The notes beneath the pieces were generated by a model, which saw only the letters and a list, made by a program, of their open reading frames with translations, did no database searches and was not told the origin of the DNA. Source: Amphiscolops sp. MND2022 (taxonomy: Eukaryota). From it: DNA of 64,000 nt. The translations under genes and the position numbers were made by a program. Where the stretch lies: positions 90,088,001 to 90,152,000 of the forward strand of contig OZ076409.1 in the NCBI GenBank assembly GCA_964187785.1, in the 5' to 3' direction. This document shows, in pieces, positions 1 through 11,801 of this stretch. Every line of letters starts with the position of its first letter. Position 1 is the stretch's first letter.

Positions 1-492
1 TGTTTTTGGGCAGTAACGTGTTTTTGGGCAGTGACTTCCAGTTGAATTCCAGACGCACCATGTTGCAACAGTATCACTGGATCACAGGATGATGGCAACC
101 AAGATGTGAACGTCCTCTCTCGTTTGTCGAGGACGACAAACTACGGCCCGGGGAGGATGTAACGTCAGGCAAGGGACGTTGCAGAAGTTCTTGAAATTTT
201 CGACCATAACTTCGAAATGTGCGGTATCAAACAAGCACATTCAAGATGGCCGACCCAGCAGGTACGAAAACCATAGAAGAAGCAAAATAAAGGCAAAACA
301 ACAACAGAAGACCCCACACCCACCCAGGAACGTGAATGTCAGAGATGTCATCACCCAAAACGCGAGAAAATCAGGAATTGTGCCATCTGACAGCAAAAAG
401 ACAGGGTTTCGGCAGAAAAGTGCCAAATGAGACCATTGTGCCCCGAAGATGAGGAATGATGTCAAAGGCCAGACTGATGACCAACCCTGAAC

Positions 493-905
493 TGTAATGT
501 TATTGGGGCTTATCCCCGTGCTTTATTTCCGTTTAGGGAGTATTTATATGATGTTTGATCTTTGATACTAGATCTGTATTTTAGAACTTATTCCCCAAAT
601 ACAATGTATTTCAGTTAGACACCTTTTTGGACCTCGGAAGTATGAAGAAGGTGGCAGGAATGTATGTTAGGAACCTAGGATACGTTTTTACAGGCTTGTG
701 GAGCGTGTCCGGACTCTGAGAGTGCCGGCACGTTGCTTCGGAGCTCTAACTAGAGAAGCCTCCTTAGTCGACAAAAAAGTCCCTCTTGGAGACCATTTTG
801 GGATCAAAAACTAATGTCTAGGGATGTAGTAAGACAACGGTTTCCTGTTTGAGCATCCTAGGCATTGTCCCTCTTCCTAGATGTGAGTCGCTAGCGGTCG
901 TTACA
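493..905 (-). mobile_element. LTR of an LTR retrotransposon (probably the 5' LTR; internal region runs off the left edge)
   Basis: Bounded by TGTAA (493) and TTACA (905), with a minus-strand AATAAA near 522. It cuts off the C-terminus of the Polinton integrase. No canonical TGG primer-binding site directly adjacent, and no second LTR in the window. Confidence 0.55.
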
Positions 906-1498
906 GTATTAGACTAGATCTGCAAAGCACCTTCGGTTTTTGTTTGTCATTACTGGCTTCAAATAGTGTCATTTTTGTTGTACCGTGAACACGAATATCA
1001 TTTTTCTCCAAAGCAGCATCAAGATGATTCAACCAACAACCTTTACCTTCAATATACATTGGTTCTTTGATGAGATCCAAAAATGTTCTATTGAAGCGTT
1101 CAACAAAAACAGCTTTCAAATCTGAATTGGTTGAATAAATTTGAATGTTTTGCTCTTTGAAAAAATCTAAAAATGTTTTGTTTTTAAACTCTTTACCTCT
1201 ATCTGTCATAATTTTATGAGGTTTTTTTGCTTTTTCAGAAGGATTTTATAATTCTTTTTTTAATGCAGTTGTTGTACTTTTTCCGGACTTATCTTTAAGA
1301 GGAATCGTCCTTGCATATTTAATACGGTTATCAATTATTGAGAAAAAATTTTTGAAGTGTGTTTTGTATTTTGATAAGCTAGACCTATCAGATCAGATCA
1401 ATACTCCAACACTCATCTTTGTAGTGAGTTTGTATTTGATTTCTTTGGAACTTCCTAATTACAGGAGAGAATAGTTCTTTCGCAAATTCTTTTTTCAT
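906..1498 (-). pseudogene. Polinton-type DDE integrase (rve), frameshifted
   Basis: MKKEFAKELFSPVIRKF...WSIDL...IID...KYA..IPLKDKSG then TDRGKEF...KAVFVERFNRT give the D,D,E motifs typical of Polinton integrases. Confidence 0.88.
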
Positions 1499-1831
1499 AT
1501 TCATTTATTAATTTGAAAATTTCCACTTAATCGGTGATACAGCTTCGCTGGCTTCGCAAACCGAAAACGCCTCGCGTAAAATTTTTTTTATACTATACCG
1601 GAGGCGCTTCGAGTACCGAGGGCGCTTCGGGTCTTTTTTTTTAAATTCTATAGGTTTATTATGTGTAACTTATATCATAATATTTTATATTTATTGGTGT
1701 TACATTAGACCTGGATAATATAAAAAATTATATCAAAAACTAAAATAATTCAAGGGATTTAAACATTCTCATTGAACTAATCAACCAGAAGAAACACCCC
1801 AAATCAACTAATCAATACCACAAATTGCCAT

Positions 1832-2640
1832 ATGTTAATTTATGGTACTAGAGGGTCAGGTAGGACATCTTTCCTAAAGTATTATTTAGATCAAACTAAA
1901 TCAAATTTGATAGTATTTAGTAGAAACGAAACTGGGTTTCCTGATAATTTTGTACCTTTGTTGCAGTTAGAAAACATTAACTTTGAATCACTTGCTAATA
2001 TGACGATAATTTTAGACAATGCAGGTGCCTATAAAAACCTAAAACAAAAGTAGAAGACTTATTCCGGGTTGGTAGATATCATAAAATACCAGTTATTTAT
2101 CTTGTACACTAAGCAAAGGATGTTCTCCCAATAGTGACAAAGAATTGTTTCAAGTTATTTATAACAATTAACAACCCAGATAGTTTTTATGAAACATTTA
2201 TAAACACATATTCAACTAAAGATCTCATGGGGAAACAAAACCGTGATCAGTTAGAATTTGGTGTGAATATGATACTAGATCTCAAAAGTACAAAAAACTC
2301 AATTAGAAGTTTCAAGTAGAATATGATACAATTGAACATGAATGGAGTCCCGAGGATTATTTAAAATTTGAAAGTTATTTCTTTACTGGTGATGAGAATG
2401 ATAGATTGAAGGTGTTTTTAGAAGAGATGTCAGATCGAACAATAGAAATAACTCCTGAGAATGTGGCTTATTAATGTGTGGAGTGTTGTAAACAAAACAA
2501 AATAAAAGTGAATGAATCTAAAATAGACAATGATTTAGAACGTATGCAACAACCACTAATTTCAGACTCACTTGAAGAGGAATTTAAGAATATATATTAA
2601 ACCAGGCAATTAGGTTTAGTAAAAGTGATTAAATATGATA
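1832..2640 (+). pseudogene. A32-like P-loop ATPase, copy 1 (frameshifted)
   Basis: Walker A MLIYGTRGSGRT, Walker B TIILDN, then GRYHKIPVIYLVH after a frameshift. Confidence 0.7.
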
Positions 2641-2849
2641 AAATACATCCAAATATAATTAAATAATACAGCAAAGCTGGCTTCGCATATATAGAAACAA
2701 TAAAATATAATTAAATAAAAAGTTAATTAATAAAAATAATGGATCTGATTTTTTTGTGATTTTTCGTTCACTAAGAGCATATATTTGAGCACTAAGTCTA
2801 TGAGCTACACTTAAGCAGATATGCTCTTAGTGATTTTTTTAATACATAA

Positions 2850-3828
2850 ATGAAGTGTTCAATTTGTGGTAAAAGTAGTAAAAAATAGTTGTGCGATTAT
2901 TGTAATAACAAAAAATGTAAAGAGTGTAATATATCGAAAACAGATTTTTACAAGTATACAAATAATGAAATATATAGTACATGCAAAAATTGTTTCATTT
3001 AAAAAGTAAACTGTGAATACTGTAATCGTGAATTCAATAAAACATAATTATCAAAACATATTGAAAAAATTCAATTGAATACTAATTTTATAAAAAAGAC
3101 TATATAAATGAATTTTGACGAAAATAGTTCTAAAATAAACAATAATGATAATAATAATATAAATTTTATAAATTTTATTATAAAAACTAAAGAAAATTAT
3201 AAAAATAAAAATGAAAATAATAATGAAAATACGGAAGGTGCTTTGCATAAAAGAACATTAATAGTTGGTCCAACATTTTGAAGAAAGGCTCATTTGTTAT
3301 TGAATAAATTCCAATAATTCCATTGGATAATCCTGAACAAAAAGTACGTTTCATTACGAGATTTCCTGAACAATATACAGGTATAGAAATAGAAGATGTT
3401 TCAGTGGAAGAAGATCTAGAAGATAAAACATTAAAAGATTTTCAAAACTGTTGTGTTGTATTCGATGATAAGTTGGATAGTAATCAAAAACTAATAGATC
3501 CATTTTTTACTAGAGGAAGACACAATGATTTAGATGTTTATTATATACCACAGTCATATTTTGGTCTACCTAAAAGAACAATTAGAAACAATACGAAATA
3601 ATTAATTTTATTTCAGAAAACCCAAAAAGATGTAGAATATACTTATAGAGATATAGCTGGGTTTGATATGTCTTATGGTGAATTCAAAGAATTATGCAGA
3701 GACTCCTGAAAGAAAAATTTACGTATTTAGAAATAAATAGGTTAGAATATAAAAATGGTAAAAAAAGGGTTTGTAATGAATCTAATCCGGAGTATAAAAT
3801 TTTTATTCAACAAACTGATCCTTTCTAG
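2850..3828 (+). pseudogene. Cys-rich zinc-finger region in frame with A32-like packaging ATPase, copy 2
   Basis: MKCSICG..CDYC..CKEC..CKNC..CEYC, an Asn-rich linker, then RTLIVGPTF*RK (Walker A), CCVVFDD (Walker B) and FTRGRH...QSYF.LPKRTIRNN. Several in-frame stops. Confidence 0.8.
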
Positions 3829-3829
3829 C

Positions 3830-4757
3830 TGAAAGAGCTTGTGATTTTTTGGTGTTGATTTGTTGTAATACATTCATATTACTGGAGTTTATCTGCAATT
3901 GCTATGATTTGTTCATTGAGTTTAGGGTTAGCATTTCCTCCTACTTCTTCAAAATAATGTAGTTTTATTTGACCTACAAGCTCATCTTGATCGGATGGAA
4001 GGAAAACATACTGAACAAATCCACTCCCTATTTGGGGTTGAAGATTTATTAAAGTTATATCTATCCGATTTTCGATCGCTTGGGTTGTTGATATTATACT
4101 GCATGTTATTTAAAAATGAAAATTAAGACCACGTTTTGTATTTCTCTATCAAAATGTGTTTTAGTTGTAAAATATAAAAGATCTGGATCATTTATACTAT
4201 ATGTGTTACCATTCTGGAAAGTCACCGTTGAACCTTTGATTTTACTTGTTGAGGATTAGTGTGGTTAATTGTGAATAAACTTGGATTACCTTCCATAGGT
4301 TCTAAACTAAATTGACTTCTGTTTTTATCATTAGGCAAAGTAAAAACTGTTTTAATTATACTAGAATCAACTGTATTTGAGTTAACTAGGTTATTAAAAG
4401 CATGATTTTTACTATTTGTATTTTCATCAAATTCTTCTATTCCTTCTGTAGAAGACTTTTGTAAATTTTTGTTCAAAGCGTTACTCGATTCTCGTATTGC
4501 TCTTGTTTGGTCTTGTATTGCTTGTGTTGTTGTTTGGGTGGAATCACGTGGTGCTGGTATCCGCTTTTCAGATTCTAGCTTGGTTTCGTTTTAGCTTTGT
4601 TTCTGATTTTCAGTAACGGGTTCAAAAACTTCTTCCATATCGTAAAAAAAGTCTTGCTTCCCAACTTTCTCTTTCAATTTTTCTTGGCGGAGTAGAGATT
4701 TTTTTCTTGCATTTTTTTAATTTTTCTAAATCACCTCGATTATGAATTGAATACATT
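3830..4757 (-). pseudogene. Polinton accessory gene of unknown function (disrupted)
   Basis: Broken reading frame including ORF 4222-4476, packed between viral genes. No recognisable motif. Confidence 0.4.
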
Positions 4758-4789
4758 TATTAATCATAAAAATTTTGAATTTATATTTA

Positions 4790-5175
4790 ATTAATTTTAC
4801 CGAAATACCAGCTTTTTCCTTGATGAACAAATTTTAAATCAGGAGCAGTTGCAGCTATCATTCGAGCATTTTTACTTACTCCTGCTTTTCCAATATTTGC
4901 TGCTGTTTCGAGTGCTCTTCCAGGATTATTTAATAATTTCTTTCCGACATTCTCAGCAACTTTTCCTAGATGTTAAAAAAACAACCCAATCCTTCTGCTT
5001 GTATAGTTAGATCTGAGACTATGAGTGATTTATTTTTTTGACACGTTACACAAGTACTTCTTAATAGTTTAACTGGCTGGCCAGTTTTTTTATTTTGAGT
5101 ATTATCCCCACTAATATTTGTGGTAGCGGAATATTGTTTTCCACCAACACAATATGAATTGTTGTTATATTCATT
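4790..5175 (-). pseudogene. Small Cys-containing/amphipathic virion-like protein
   Basis: YCVGGKQYSAT...STCVTC..KS..VSD.TIQAEGLG...GKKLLNNPGRALETAANIG resembles the small basic/amphipathic proteins of Polinton-like viruses (recalled, not searched). Confidence 0.45.
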
Positions 5176-5279
5176 AATTTATGAAAGCTCATTTATTTGA
5201 AAAAAAAAATCAAATTTTCTAATCTTCGCACAAACCTCTGGTTTGCAAACCTTTGGTTTGTATTGGAATTAAATAATTA

Positions 5280-6340
5280 ACGATTTAAATTGTAAATGTT
5301 AATGTTTCGGAGTTGAAATCAACTGGGTTATGGTTGGAGTCTTCTAGGAAAAATTGAATATTATCCAGTCGTGTTTGTGTATTTTTTTATCCGAAATGAT
5401 ATTGGGTTCTTTTATAATTTTATAACTAGGAGGTGCGCTTAAATTGAAAGAAAACAAAATTTGTTCTCATATACCATTAACAATTGAACCATCTACACTA
5501 TCACACTTGAGATGAACTTTGTGTGTGGTTGTTATCATAACTGATTTTTCTGATTTATGAGAGCCTTCTGAGTAGTCGGTGTTTGTAAATCCTAAAAGGA
5601 TGGTAAGTTCAGAATTAAAATGTATGTTATTAAAAGTTGTTGAAACTGATTTCATTGATATTGTATCCGCTTGTATGTTGAGTTCAAAATCAGAATCAGA
5701 AAGTATTTGCTTGATGGTTCTTGTTTGTATCAACTAATTCATATACTCCTGGTGTTAACTCAATTTCAAAGAAATCGTTTTCAATTTCAAATGCAGGAAT
5801 ATTTAGAGTTGGTGGCATATCTCGCCCTGACTTGGTGGGGAGAGAAGAAGTTTCCGCCTGTTGTATTGGTGTTTTGTTATGTTGTTGAAAGGTATCAATT
5901 ATTTTAACTAGTTGGTTAAAATCTTTCCTAGAAGGTTTTTCTGTTTTAGAAGATGTATCAATTAAAAGTGCATTAGCATCTTCTAGAAATTGGCTGTAGG
6001 TATTACAATTTTTCTACAAATTTGCAATATTCGATACTAAATCGGTGTCAACTTCAAGTTCTTTAAATTGATGAATATTTAAAAGAATTTCTAGTTTGTT
6101 ATTCTTTTCAGTAATATTTCAAACTGTACTGTATACTTCTAAACTTGTAACTCCCATCATCCATTGTTCTGGCAGCTCCAAGAGAACATCGAATAAAAAA
6201 GATTCTTCTTTTAGTCATTTTATATTCTAGAGTTTCCTGAGGTTTTGAATGTGTACTTTCAACAATTTTTTGATTAGATTTGGCAATACTCAATGAGCGA
6301 GATTCTTTTTATCATTAATTACAAAGTTTGAAAGATCCAT
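5280..6340 (-). pseudogene. Minor capsid (penton)-like protein, disrupted
   Basis: NSELTILLGF...KVHLKCDSVDGSIVNGI*EQILFSF...PPSYKIIKEP matches the C-terminal pattern of Polinton minor capsid proteins. Confidence 0.6.
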
Positions 6341-6559
6341 TCATCACTAGCGGATATGTTATTTATGAATTCTTGGTTTTGTTTTGACATTTTTTTGGAC
6401 TACCATTCGGATTTTTTTTTACTATTTTCAATCTCATTCGGATGATTTGTACCGGAGGGCAGCTTCGCTGTATAATTGTAAATTGAGCTGAATAATTATT
6501 AATTTTCTTCATTCAATAATTATCAATTTTGATACTGTAGGTTCAACACTGCATTTTTA

Positions 6560-6890
6560 AAACCTATTATATTTGAGAGATATAACACATACAAACAATA
6601 TGCTGGACAACATTTTTCTGAATTTGATATTCTGCATAAATTCCTTTATTATTGTGATTTAGTATATTAGTTGGAGGTGAATGAAACTTATCAGAAAACA
6701 TAACCCAATGTGTTCCTTTAGTTCGATGTAAGTTAACTATTCCTGAAGGAGTGGTAAACCTATCATCTCTCATGTATATTCCACACGGGATATTTATTTC
6801 ATAAAGTATTTCTTTTATTTTTACATTGGAAGTTGCTTCATTTTTTATTCCATATTTTTCAACATATTAATCGAACGATAAATACACCAT
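6560..6890 (-). pseudogene. Adenain-like cysteine protease
   Basis: GIVNLHRTKGTHWV (catalytic His motif) and a downstream YQIQ motif, in Polinton context. Confidence 0.75.
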
Positions 6891-7022
6891 TTAATAGTTA
6901 TTGTTTCCTTAAAGTCTTGTTCGTGACATTTTTTAATCCTCCATAACAAGATTTTTAGTTGCAAAAAATGACTAATTTTAGATGATATGCATTGATAATA
7001 CAGCTTATTTTTGCTGAAAAAT

Positions 7023-10000
7023 GCTTAATTTTGATATTGTGCTTGCCTAGAATCAGGATTCCTCATACTACTCGTTATTCCTGAATTATATTGAAGCTAG
7101 TGGAAACAAAGGCAAGTTGTTTTTTTTCGATTGCAAGTTATTTTTTGCGATAGCAAGTTTTAACGGGTGTCTATGTAAAAGTCTATATACATTTTAGCGT
7201 GAACTAGTTAGTTTTCACATACATTTTAATATCAACTAATCACTTTCTTTCTTAAACATGTGGAGCTTGAAAGTTTCAATTTTTATGAACCGTACATTAG
7301 CAGAAGAAACAACATGCCCGAAACTGCCAAAGTTGCTGCCCCTCTTAAGACTCAAAAACGTATTTGCAGTAGCTAAGCTTTACACCTCAATCTCCGCTCG
7401 CAAAATCTGAGTTTTCTACGTTATCTCCGATTCATGTAATTAAACTTTTGTTAGAGGAGAAATTGCAATTAGTTTCATTGAATCTGAAAAGATGAACAGC
7501 TCGGCGTCAGCTAGATTTCAAGTCCCAATCCGCCTGTCAAAAGGCAGAGTAAACAGAAAAAGTACAAAATCCGAACTCTTCAAGTTCCGTTTCACATTCA
7601 CTCCTTAAAAATCTTCCAGCGAACGATGAATTAAGAGAGGAAAATCTGACATCGATCGGTTTCGTTATAAAGAAAATCTCAGCACAATCTAGTATTAAAG
7701 TATTACTACAGCATTTCTAGAAAAATATTTCCATCAAACCTCTATTGTTCATGATGTAAACTGACAAAATCTCCTGGATAAACATTTTGATTTGGTTCTT
7801 GGTTAAATTTCCTAAGTTCTCTGGAATTAAATCAAAATCCAGCAACCAATTATAAGCTCTTATCATAGTATTCGACAACGATTTTTGCTTAACTATTGTT
7901 CGGCTATAAGATACATCCAAAAGTCCTTCAACCGCCCGCTTAGTATTTTTTGATCCGCCTGTAGCAAAAGTTAGAGACAGTTCCAAAGACGAGTCCTTTC
8001 GAATTTGCTTGAACAACTCTTGAATTACTTCCACCATTAAAAGTTCGAAAACGTTGAGAAATTTGTGGTCTGCTAATACATTGACCATTGAATCAATCTT
8101 TTTTTGAAAAAAAAATCGCTCTCAATATTCGCCTCTGTGCACATTCAATTTTTTGTATACTGGTTTTCGCTGCACTGCCATAAACCAGCAGACCATAGCA
8201 GATAATTGATTTACCAAAAGAGATATAAAACATTAATAAACATTTCCGTGACAGACTCTGTATATAAGACCACAGAACTTCTTTAGTTTTTTACTACATA
8301 ATCTATGTGCTCCCGGAAAAGGAGTTTTTTACCCAAGTGTTATCCCAGATATCTACAGGGTGCTTTATAATTCAACTCGGAGACCCCAGCTTAATTTTGA
8401 TTTTGTGCTTGCCTAGAATCAGGATTCCTCATACTACTCGTTATTCCTGAATTATATCGAAGCTAGTGGAAACAAAGGCAAGTTGTTTTTTTTTCGATTG
8501 CAAGTTATTTTTTGCGATAGCAAGTTTTAACGGGTGTCTATGTAAAAGTCTATATACATTTTAGCGTGAACTAGTTAGTTTTCACATACATTTTAATATC
8601 AACTAATCACTTTCTTTCTTAAACATGTGGAGCTTGAAAGTTTCAATTTTTATGAACCGTACATTAGCAGAAGAAACAACATGCCCGAAACTGCCAAAGT
8701 TGCTGCCCCTCTTAAGACTCAAAAACGTATTTGCAGTAGCTAAGCTTTACACCTCAATCTCCGCTCGCAAAATCTGAGTTTTCTACGTTATCTCCGATTC
8801 ATGTAATTAAACTTTTGTTAGAGGAGAAATTGCAATTAGTTTCATTGAATCTGAAAAGATGAACAGCTCGGCGTCAGCTAGATTTCAAGTCCCAATCCGC
8901 CTGTCAAAAGGCAGAGTAAACAGAAAAAGTACAAAATCCGAACTCTTCAAGTTCCGTTTCACATTCACTCCTTAAAAATCTTCCAGCGAACGATGAATTA
9001 AGAGAGGAAAATCTGACATCGATCGGTTTCGTTATAAAGAAAATCTCAGCACAATCTAGTATTAAAGTATTACTACAGCATTTCTAGAAAAATATTTCCA
9101 TCAAACCTCTATTGTTCATGATGTAAACTGACAAAATCTCCTGGATAAACATTTTGATTTGGTTCTTGGTTAAATTTCCTAAGTTCTCTGGAATTAAATC
9201 AAAATCCAGCAACCAATTATAAGCTCTTATCATAGTATTCGACAACGATTTTTGCTTAACTATTGTTCGGCTATAAGATACATCCAAAAGTCCTTCAACC
9301 GCCCGCTTACTATTTTTTGATCCGCCTGTAGCAAAAGTTAGAGACAGTTCCAAAGACGAGTCCTTTCGAATTTGCTTGAACAACTCTTGAATTACTTCCA
9401 CCATTAAAAGTTCGAAAACGTTGAGAAATTTGTGGTCTGCTAATACATTGACCATTGAATCAATCTTCTTTTTGAAAAAAATCGCTCTCAATATTCGCCT
9501 CTGTGCACATTCAATTTTTTGTATACTGGTTTTCGCTGCACTGCCATAAACCAGCAGACCATAGCAGATAATTGATTTACCAAAAGAGATATAAAACATT
9601 AATAAACATTTCCGTGACAGACTCTGTATATAAGACCACAGAACTTCTTTAGTTTTTTACTACATAATCTATGTGCTCCCGGAAAAGGAGTTTTTTACCC
9701 AAGTGTTATCCCAGATATCTACAGGGTGCTTTATAATTCAACTCGGAGACCCGAGCTTAATTTTGATTTTGTGCTTGCCTAGAATCAGGATTCCTCATAC
9801 TACTCGTTATTCCTGAATTATATCGAAGCTAGTGGAAACAAAGGCAAGTTGTTTTTTTTCGATTGCAAGTTATTTTTTGCGATAGCAAGTTTTAACGGGT
9901 GTCTATGTAAAAGTCTATATACATTTTAGCGTGAACTAGTTAGTTTTCACATACATTTTAATATCAACTAATCACTTTCTTTCTTAAACATGTGGAGCTT

Positions 10001-11120
10001 GAAAGTTTCAATTTTTATGAACCGTACATTAGCAGAAGAAACAACATGCCCGAAACTGCCAAAGTTGCTGCCCCTCTTAAGACTCAAAAACGTATTTGCA
10101 GTAGCTAAGCTTTACACCTCAATCTCCGCTCGCAAAATCTGAGTTTTCTACGTTATCTCCGATTCATGTAATTAAACTTTTGTTAGAGGAGAAATTGCAA
10201 TTAGTTTCATTGAATCTGAAAAGATGAACAGCTCGGCGTCAGCTAGATTTCAAGTCCCAATCCGCCTGTCAAAAGGCAGAGTAAACAGAAAAAGTACAAA
10301 ATCCGAACTCTTCAAGTTCCGTTTCACATTCACTCCTTAAAAATCTTCCAGCGAACGATGAATTAGGAGAGGAAAATCTGACATCGATCGCTTCCGTTAT
10401 AAAGAAAATCTCAGCACAATCTAGTATTAAAGTATTACTACAGCATTTCTAGAAAAATATTTCCATCAAACCTCTATTGTTCATGATGTAAACTGACAAA
10501 ATCTCCTGGATAAACATTTTGATTTGGTTCTTGGTTAAATTTCCTAAGTTCTCTGGAATTAAATCAAAATCCAGCAACCAATTATAAGCTCTTATCATAG
10601 TATTCGACAACGATTTTTGCTTAACTATTGTTCGGCTATAAGATACATCCAAAAGTCCTTCAACCGCCCGCTTAGTATTTTTTGATCCGCCTGTAGCAAA
10701 AGTTAGAGACAGTTCCAAAGACGAGTCCTTTCGAATTTGCTTGAACAACTCTTGAATTACTTCCACCATTAAAAGTTCGAAAACGTTGAGAAATTTGTGG
10801 TCTGCTAATACATTGACCATTGAATCAATCTTTTTTTGAAAAAAAAAATCGCTCTCAATATTCGCCTCTGTGCACATTCAATTTTTTGTATACTGGTTTT
10901 CGCTGCACTGCCATAAACCAGCAGACCATAGCAGATAATTGATTTACCAAAAGAGATATAAAACATTAATAAACATTTCCGTGACAGACTCTGTATATAA
11001 GACCACAGAACTTCTTTAGTTTTTTACTACATAATCTATGTGCTCTCGGAAAAGGAGTTTTTTACCCAAGTGCTATCCCAGATATCTACAGGGTGCTTTA
11101 TAATTCAACTCGGAGACCCC
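7023..11120. repeat. Tandem triplication of a ~1366-bp unit (LINE 3' end plus downstream flank)
   Basis: Units start at GCTTAATTTTGA near 7023, 8389 and 9755 and differ at only a few sites. ORFs 7717-8088, 9084-9599 and 10449-10877 are the same ORF2 C-terminus. Confidence 0.95.
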
Positions 11121-11252
11121 GATTTTAATTGTGTCCAGTTTCCCATAACCAAAACACATTGCTTCACATTTTTAAGGGTTAACTGTTAATTTTATTTGAT
11201 GAGAACCAATCCCGTACGCAATTAATTTCTTGGCTAATCAGAGGATCAACTC

Positions 11253-11801
11253 TTTTTAGTCGTTGCATTTTAGTAGAAAATGTACCCGACTCTTACAGTG
11301 GGTAGTTTTTTTAGACGCTTAAGGTCCACTTTTTTGTTCTTTTGTTCAACAACGTCAAACCTCAACAAATTCAAACCTCAACAACTCCAACATCAGAAGC
11401 GCGTCCAAAACGAAAAGAAAAAACAAAACAGACGTCCAGAACCTCAAAAACAAACTAAGAATCCCCACATAGCTCCACTTTTTTTCGGCACTAAGAGACT
11501 TTTTGAAACTTTTTGGATTGCACCAAAGGGTCACCCCTTCATTTGTTTCTATATTTTGCAACACAATGGATGTCGAAATTTTGCAAAGGGTCCCCCCTTT
11601 TACATTTTTCGGCACTGTGACACTGTTCAGAACTCGTTGAAAAAAGTTCGTTGAGAAATTGTTTCATGTCCCCAAAGGGTCCCCCTTTCATTTTTTTTTC
11701 ATTTTTTGCAGCCAGCTGGAGTTTCACAAAGCCCGAAGGGTCCTCCCTTTTCAATTTTGAGCCTTAGATATGGCGTCGACTTTGGCCGTTCTCAGCTTGT
11801 T
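11253..11801 (-). mobile_element. Non-autonomous Helentron-like element (HINE/DINE-1-like) inserted in the LINE RT
   Basis: Minus strand begins AACAAG...AGTCGAC and ends in an AGTCG..CGACT hairpin followed by a T/A run. Internal GGGTCCCCCTTTC repeats. Flanks rejoin as MFADVTTLIESRKRVDPL with no TSD. Confidence 0.7.

Larger units (their letters stand above)
906..7020. mobile_element. Decayed Polinton/Maverick (adintovirus-like) endogenous element, partial
   Basis: Very AT-rich, intronless, tightly packed pseudogenes for a c-integrase, two A32/FtsK-like ATPases, a penton-like protein and an adenain protease. No PolB, major capsid gene or TIR seen. Confidence 0.85.

Noticed and set aside
179..465. 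ORFs 179-430 and 241-465
   Set aside because: No recognisable motifs; probably the untranslated leader of the LTR element.
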